DNA of 54,041 nucleotides from an uncultured Bacilli bacterium (GTDB lineage Bacteria; Bacillota_I; Bacilli_A; RF39; UBA660): NCBI GenBank assembly GCA_947601485.1, contig CANQGF010000003.1, positions 1 to 54,041 of the forward strand, read 5' to 3'. Shown piece by piece: positions 50,533 to 54,041 of this stretch (position 1 is its first letter; each line of letters starts with the position of its first letter). The notes under the pieces were generated by a model. It saw only the letters and a program-made list of their open reading frames with translations, ran no database searches and was not told where the DNA came from. The position numbers and the translations under genes were made by a program.

Positions 50533-52309
50533 TACCTCCTAAAATGCTTAAAAATGCTTCACTTGGCACTTCTACCTTACCAATCATTTTCATTCTTTTT
50601 TTGCCTTCTTTTTGAGCCTCAAGTAATTTTTTCTTTCTTGTTATATCGCCACCATAACATTTAGCAAGAACATTTTTGCGCATCGCACTTAAGTCTTCTC
50701 TAGCAATTATTTTAGAGCCAATCGCGGCTTGAATACTAACTTGAAACATTTGTCTTGGTATTACTTCTCTTAATTTTTTCGTAATACTTCTACCTTTATT
50801 ATAAGCTTCATCTTTATGAATAATCAAGGATAAAGCATCGACCTTGTCACCATTTAGTAAAATATCCATTTTAACTAAATCGCTTTTTTGATACCCAACT
50901 AATTCATAATCAAATGATGCATAACCATTAGTTCGACTTTTAAGTTTATCATAAAAATCATAAACTACTTCTGATAAAGGAATTTCATAATGAATATTAA
51001 CTCTTTCTTCATTAATATAATCAATCGCTTTATAATTACCTCTTTTATCTTGACATAATTCCATAATGGCTCCGACATAATTAGCAGGAGCTATAATATT
51101 AGTATAAATATAAGGTTCTTCAATATAATTAATTTTTTCTCTAGTTGGCATTTTATGGGGACTATCAACAATAACTTTTGAATTATCAGTTAAATAAGCA
51201 TAATAAACAACTGTGGGACTTGTTACAATAATATCTAAATTAAATTCTCTTTCTAGTCTCGTTGTTATAATTTCAGAATGTAATAAGCCTAAAAAACCAG
51301 TATGAAAGCCAAAACCTAAAGCTTCACTAGTAACAGGTTCAAAAGTAAGTGAAGCATCATTTAACTTTAACTTATTTAAAGCATCTTTTAAAGCTTCATA
51401 TTTATTAGCTTCAACTGGATAAATGCCAGAATATACCATGGGTTTAACCGGAGCATAACCTTTAATTGGCTCTTCTGCTTCTTTTCCTAAAATAGTAATA
51501 GTATCCCCAACATGAACACTAGAAATATCTTTTATCGCCCCAGCAAGAAAACCAACTTCCCCACTTTTAAGACAGGTTAATTGTTCTTCTTTAGGTGTTT
51601 TTACCCCTAGTTCTGTTACTTCGAAAACTTTTTGCGTAGCCATCATTTTAATTTTATCTTTAACTGAAATCATGCCATCAATAACTTTGACTAATAGAAC
51701 AACACCCTTATAACTATCAAAATAAGAATCATAAATTAACGCTCTTGTTTTTTCATTTAAAGATATTTTGGGAGATGGAATTCTCTCAATAACCGCATCA
51801 AGTAATTCTTCAATACCAACACCGGTTTTACCACTTGTTAAAATAATTTCATCTTCCTTAAAACCTAAAACATTTTCTAATTCTTTTTTTACTTTCGGAA
51901 TATCCGCATTTGGTAAATCTATTTTATTTATAACGGGAATAATTTTTAAATCTTGATTTAATGCTAAATAAAGATTAGCAAGCGTTTGAGCTTCGATGCC
52001 TTGGGCAGCATCTACAACTAAAATAGCTCCTTCACAAGCCGCCAAGCTACGACTAACTTCATAAGAAAAATCAACATGACCAGGAGTATCTATTAAATTT
52101 AAAGTATAACCTTTATAACTTAATTTAACTGTATTAAGTTTAATAGTTATTCCTCTTTCTCTTTCAATATCCATACTATCTAATAATTGATCTTTCATTT
52201 CTCTTTTAGAAACAGCCCCAGTTAATTCTAAAATGCGATCTGCAATCGTACTTTTGCCATGATCAATATGAGCTATAATTGAAAAATTTCTTATTTTTTC
52301 CTCTTGCAT
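50516..52309 (-). CDS. lepA: Translation elongation factor 4
   Basis: [39 protein letters not shown]. Confidence 0.98.
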   Translation of the reverse strand: MQEEKIRNFSIIAHIDHGKSTIADRILELTGAVSKREMKDQLLDSMDIERERGITIKLNTVKLSYKGYTLNLIDTPGHVDFSYEVSRSLAACEGAILVVDAAQGIEAQTLANLYLALNQDLKIIPVINKIDLPNADIPKVKKELENVLGFKEDEIILTSGKTGVGIEELLDAVIERIPSPKISLNEKTRALIYDSYFDSYKGVVLLVKVIDGMISVKDKIKMMATQKVFEVTELGVKTPKEEQLTCLKSGEVGFLAGAIKDISSVHVGDTITILGKEAEEPIKGYAPVKPMVYSGIYPVEANKYEALKDALNKLKLNDASLTFEPVTSEALGFGFHTGFLGLLHSEIITTRLEREFNLDIIVTSPTVVYYAYLTDNSKVIVDSPHKMPTREKINYIEEPYIYTNIIAPANYVGAIMELCQDKRGNYKAIDYINEERVNIHYEIPLSEVVYDFYDKLKSRTNGYASFDYELVGYQKSDLVKMDILLNGDKVDALSLIIHKDEAYNKGRSITKKLREVIPRQMFQVSIQAAIGSKIIAREDLSAMRKNVLAKCYGGDITRKKKLLEAQKEGKKRMKMIGKVEVPSEAFLSILGGNENDK

Positions 52310-52374
52310 TAAAAACACCTCATTTATAATATCATAAAACACTTACTTTTTAAAGTTAAAATCTTTAAAAGAAA

Positions 52375-52426
52375 TTGACATTATATTTGACACCATTTTG
52401 ACAACAATAAAAATATATGATATAAT
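52375..52426 (+). promoter_or_regulatory. Consensus sigma-A promoter preceded by two further TTGACA repeats
   Basis: TTGACA at 52375, 52387 and 52398; the last gives TTGACA-N17-TATAAT (52421-26) with extended TG. Confidence 0.8.
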
Positions 52427-52449
52427 TTGTTTAGTTTGAGGGGATAATT

Positions 52450-53205
52450 ATGAAGTATTGTTTAGTGCATATAACTAGTGATAATATTAAAGAAATTCAT
52501 GGCTATGGTACATTAGAAGAAAAAAAATATAGAGAAAGCAATTTGCAAGATATTGTCAACTTTACTAGTAACTTTACTAACGAAGAAGAATTAATTATCT
52601 ATCTATATTATCATAATTTAATAAATTCCCTTAATGGCACTATTAGAATTGCTTATATAACTAAAAATGCCCCATTAAAAATATTAAATGATGGCTTATC
52701 TTTTAAAAAAGATATAGAATATTTTAATTTAGATAAATTAACAACATTTTATGTAAATCATTTAACAGATAAAAATTTTATGAATGAATTTATTAATAAG
52801 TTTTATTATCGATTAAAAAATAAAAATTATTTTAGCTATATAATAGAAAAAATAAAAGATAACTATGATGAGTATATATTAAGTGGTATATTACCTCTTG
52901 AAAGCAATTTATATATGAGTGATTTTTTAAAACAATATATTATAAAAAAAGATAAAAAAGGTTGGCAAAAAGATTTTACTAAATTAAGAGAACTTGCTAT
53001 GTTTGCAATTAACTATCGTCATAAAAATGACATAAAAAATTCTAAAGAACAAGATATTGAAACAGCTTCTTTAATTAACCATTACTATTATTTAATACAA
53101 AATAATAATCTTACAGAAGAAGAAATGAAAGCTTATGAAGAAGCTATAAAAGATTTAGAAAATAATTATGATTTATTAAATTTAAGAAAGGAGAGGAAAA
53201 TATGA
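52450..53205 (+). CDS. Hypothetical protein, orphan family (paralog of 3781..4347)
   Basis: GAGGGG RBS; ATGA overlap with def. Confidence 0.82.
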   Translation: MKYCLVHITSDNIKEIHGYGTLEEKKYRESNLQDIVNFTSNFTNEEELIIYLYYHNLINSLNGTIRIAYITKNAPLKILNDGLSFKKDIEYFNLDKLTTFYVNHLTDKNFMNEFINKFYYRLKNKNYFSYIIEKIKDNYDEYILSGILPLESNLYMSDFLKQYIIKKDKKGWQKDFTKLRELAMFAINYRHKNDIKNSKEQDIETASLINHYYYLIQNNNLTEEEMKAYEEAIKDLENNYDLLNLRKERKI

Positions 53206-53753
53206 AATTACCCGATTTAAAAATACTTGATGAAAAAGAAAAAACTTTAAGACTTAAAAGTCATGAAGTTTCATTTCCTCTATCAAAAGAAGATAAAAAA
53301 ACAATCAATGATATTATTACATATTTAACAATGAGTCAAATAAAAAAATATTATGAAAAATACAATTTAAGACCGGGAATGGGACTAGCTTTTATTCAGT
53401 TAGGTATCCCTAAAAACATCTTTATTATTGTTGAAGAAGTTGACGATGAAGTATTTGAAAACTATGTTATTATCAACCCTAAAATTATTTCTCACAGCGA
53501 AGAACTTATTTATGTTGGCGAAGGTGAAGGTTGCTTATCAGTTAATCGTGAGGTAACAGGAATTGTACCAAGATATGCAAGAATGACTATTTCTTATCAA
53601 GATATAGATGGCAATCAAAAACAAATCAGGGTAAGAGAAGATATCTCTGTAGCCTTCCAACATGAAATGGATCATTTAAATGGTATATTATTTATTGATA
53701 AAATAGATAAAAACGATCCTTTTAAAAACAAAGATAAAATGCGTGAAATATAG
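53202..53753 (+). CDS. def: Peptide deformylase
   Basis: GMGLAFIQ, EGCLSV and QHEMDHLNG motifs. Confidence 0.97.
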   Translation: MKLPDLKILDEKEKTLRLKSHEVSFPLSKEDKKTINDIITYLTMSQIKKYYEKYNLRPGMGLAFIQLGIPKNIFIIVEEVDDEVFENYVIINPKIISHSEELIYVGEGEGCLSVNREVTGIVPRYARMTISYQDIDGNQKQIRVREDISVAFQHEMDHLNGILFIDKIDKNDPFKNKDKMREI

Positions 53754-53819
53754 CGCATTTTTTATATTTCAAAAAGAAAAGGCCTTAAGGCCTAATTAAA
53801 CTTATTATAAAAATATGTT

Positions 53820-54041
53820 TTATTGTTGAGAACAAGATTCTTGTATTTTTTCTACTTCTTCTATACTTAATCTAGCAGCTTTAGCTATAGCTTCTAAAGG
53901 GAATCCATCTTTTAATAAACTTTTAACCATTGAAAGTTTTTCTTCAAGAGTGCCTTTATCATAACCATCATTATATCCATCTTCTTTGGCATATTTTAAT
54001 CCATTATGATAAACTATTTCAGCATCTCTTTCTCTTTCCAT
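53820..54041 (-). CDS. C-terminal part of an Rpn/YhgA-like (PD-(D/E)XK) nuclease, probably truncated by the window edge
   Basis: G-x3 repeat (EDGYNDGYDKG) followed by the typical tail VKSLLKDGFPLEAIAKAARLSIEEVEKI. Confidence 0.65.
   Translation of the reverse strand: MERERDAEIVYHNGLKYAKEDGYNDGYDKGTLEEKLSMVKSLLKDGFPLEAIAKAARLSIEEVEKIQESCSQQ

Noticed and set aside
8571-51956. Short overlapping ORFs in the track (8571, 8904, 9671, 10672, 12319, 14584, 17689, 21354, 22164, 24346, 29523, 29642, 29790, 32173, 33694, 34232, 34791, 41338, 42228, 51768)
   Set aside because: They lie antisense to or out of frame within well-supported genes, with no recognisable motifs; treated as shadow ORFs
1-54041. 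CRISPR array, rRNA or IS element; Mollicutes genetic code 4
   Set aside because: No regularly spaced repeats, rRNA motifs or DDE transposases seen; TGA ends intact genes (e.g. ylbL, divIB, pilC) and conserved genes are uninterrupted under code 11

Overview
54-kb chromosomal segment of a very AT-rich Firmicute using genetic code 11. The gene content suggests a reduced-genome gut Bacilli lineage such as RF39 (inference). About 85% of genes lie on the minus strand. Housekeeping genes: ppdK, xerC/D, a short alaS, recD2, tRNA-Ser, lon, hrcA-grpE-dnaK-pepF-dnaJ, trmK-sigA-dnaG, queH-divIB-murB-murG, hemW, lepA and def. The window also holds sporulation genes (ylbJ, yhfW, ysxE, spoVID, spoIIM-like, yqfQ-like, yrzQ-like), split type IV pilus genes and many orphan ORFs with their own sigma-A promoters. 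Strongest leads: (1) an unannotated type I toxin-antitoxin-like locus upstream of murG, with a 21-aa hydrophobic peptide, a convergent ~120-nt RNA and 5'-3' long-range pairing; (2) an operon with LexA-like boxes that couples the radical-SAM/DUF4130 DNA-repair pair to a divergent GroEL with no adjacent groES; (3) an Ala T-box whose terminator pairs with the T-box bulge strand and which precedes a P-loop kinase plus a truncated AlaRS; (4) orphan proteins sharing an unnamed domain, and possibly a basic C-terminal tail. No CRISPR array, rRNA or intact IS element was seen. All calls come from reading the sequence by eye; no searches were run.
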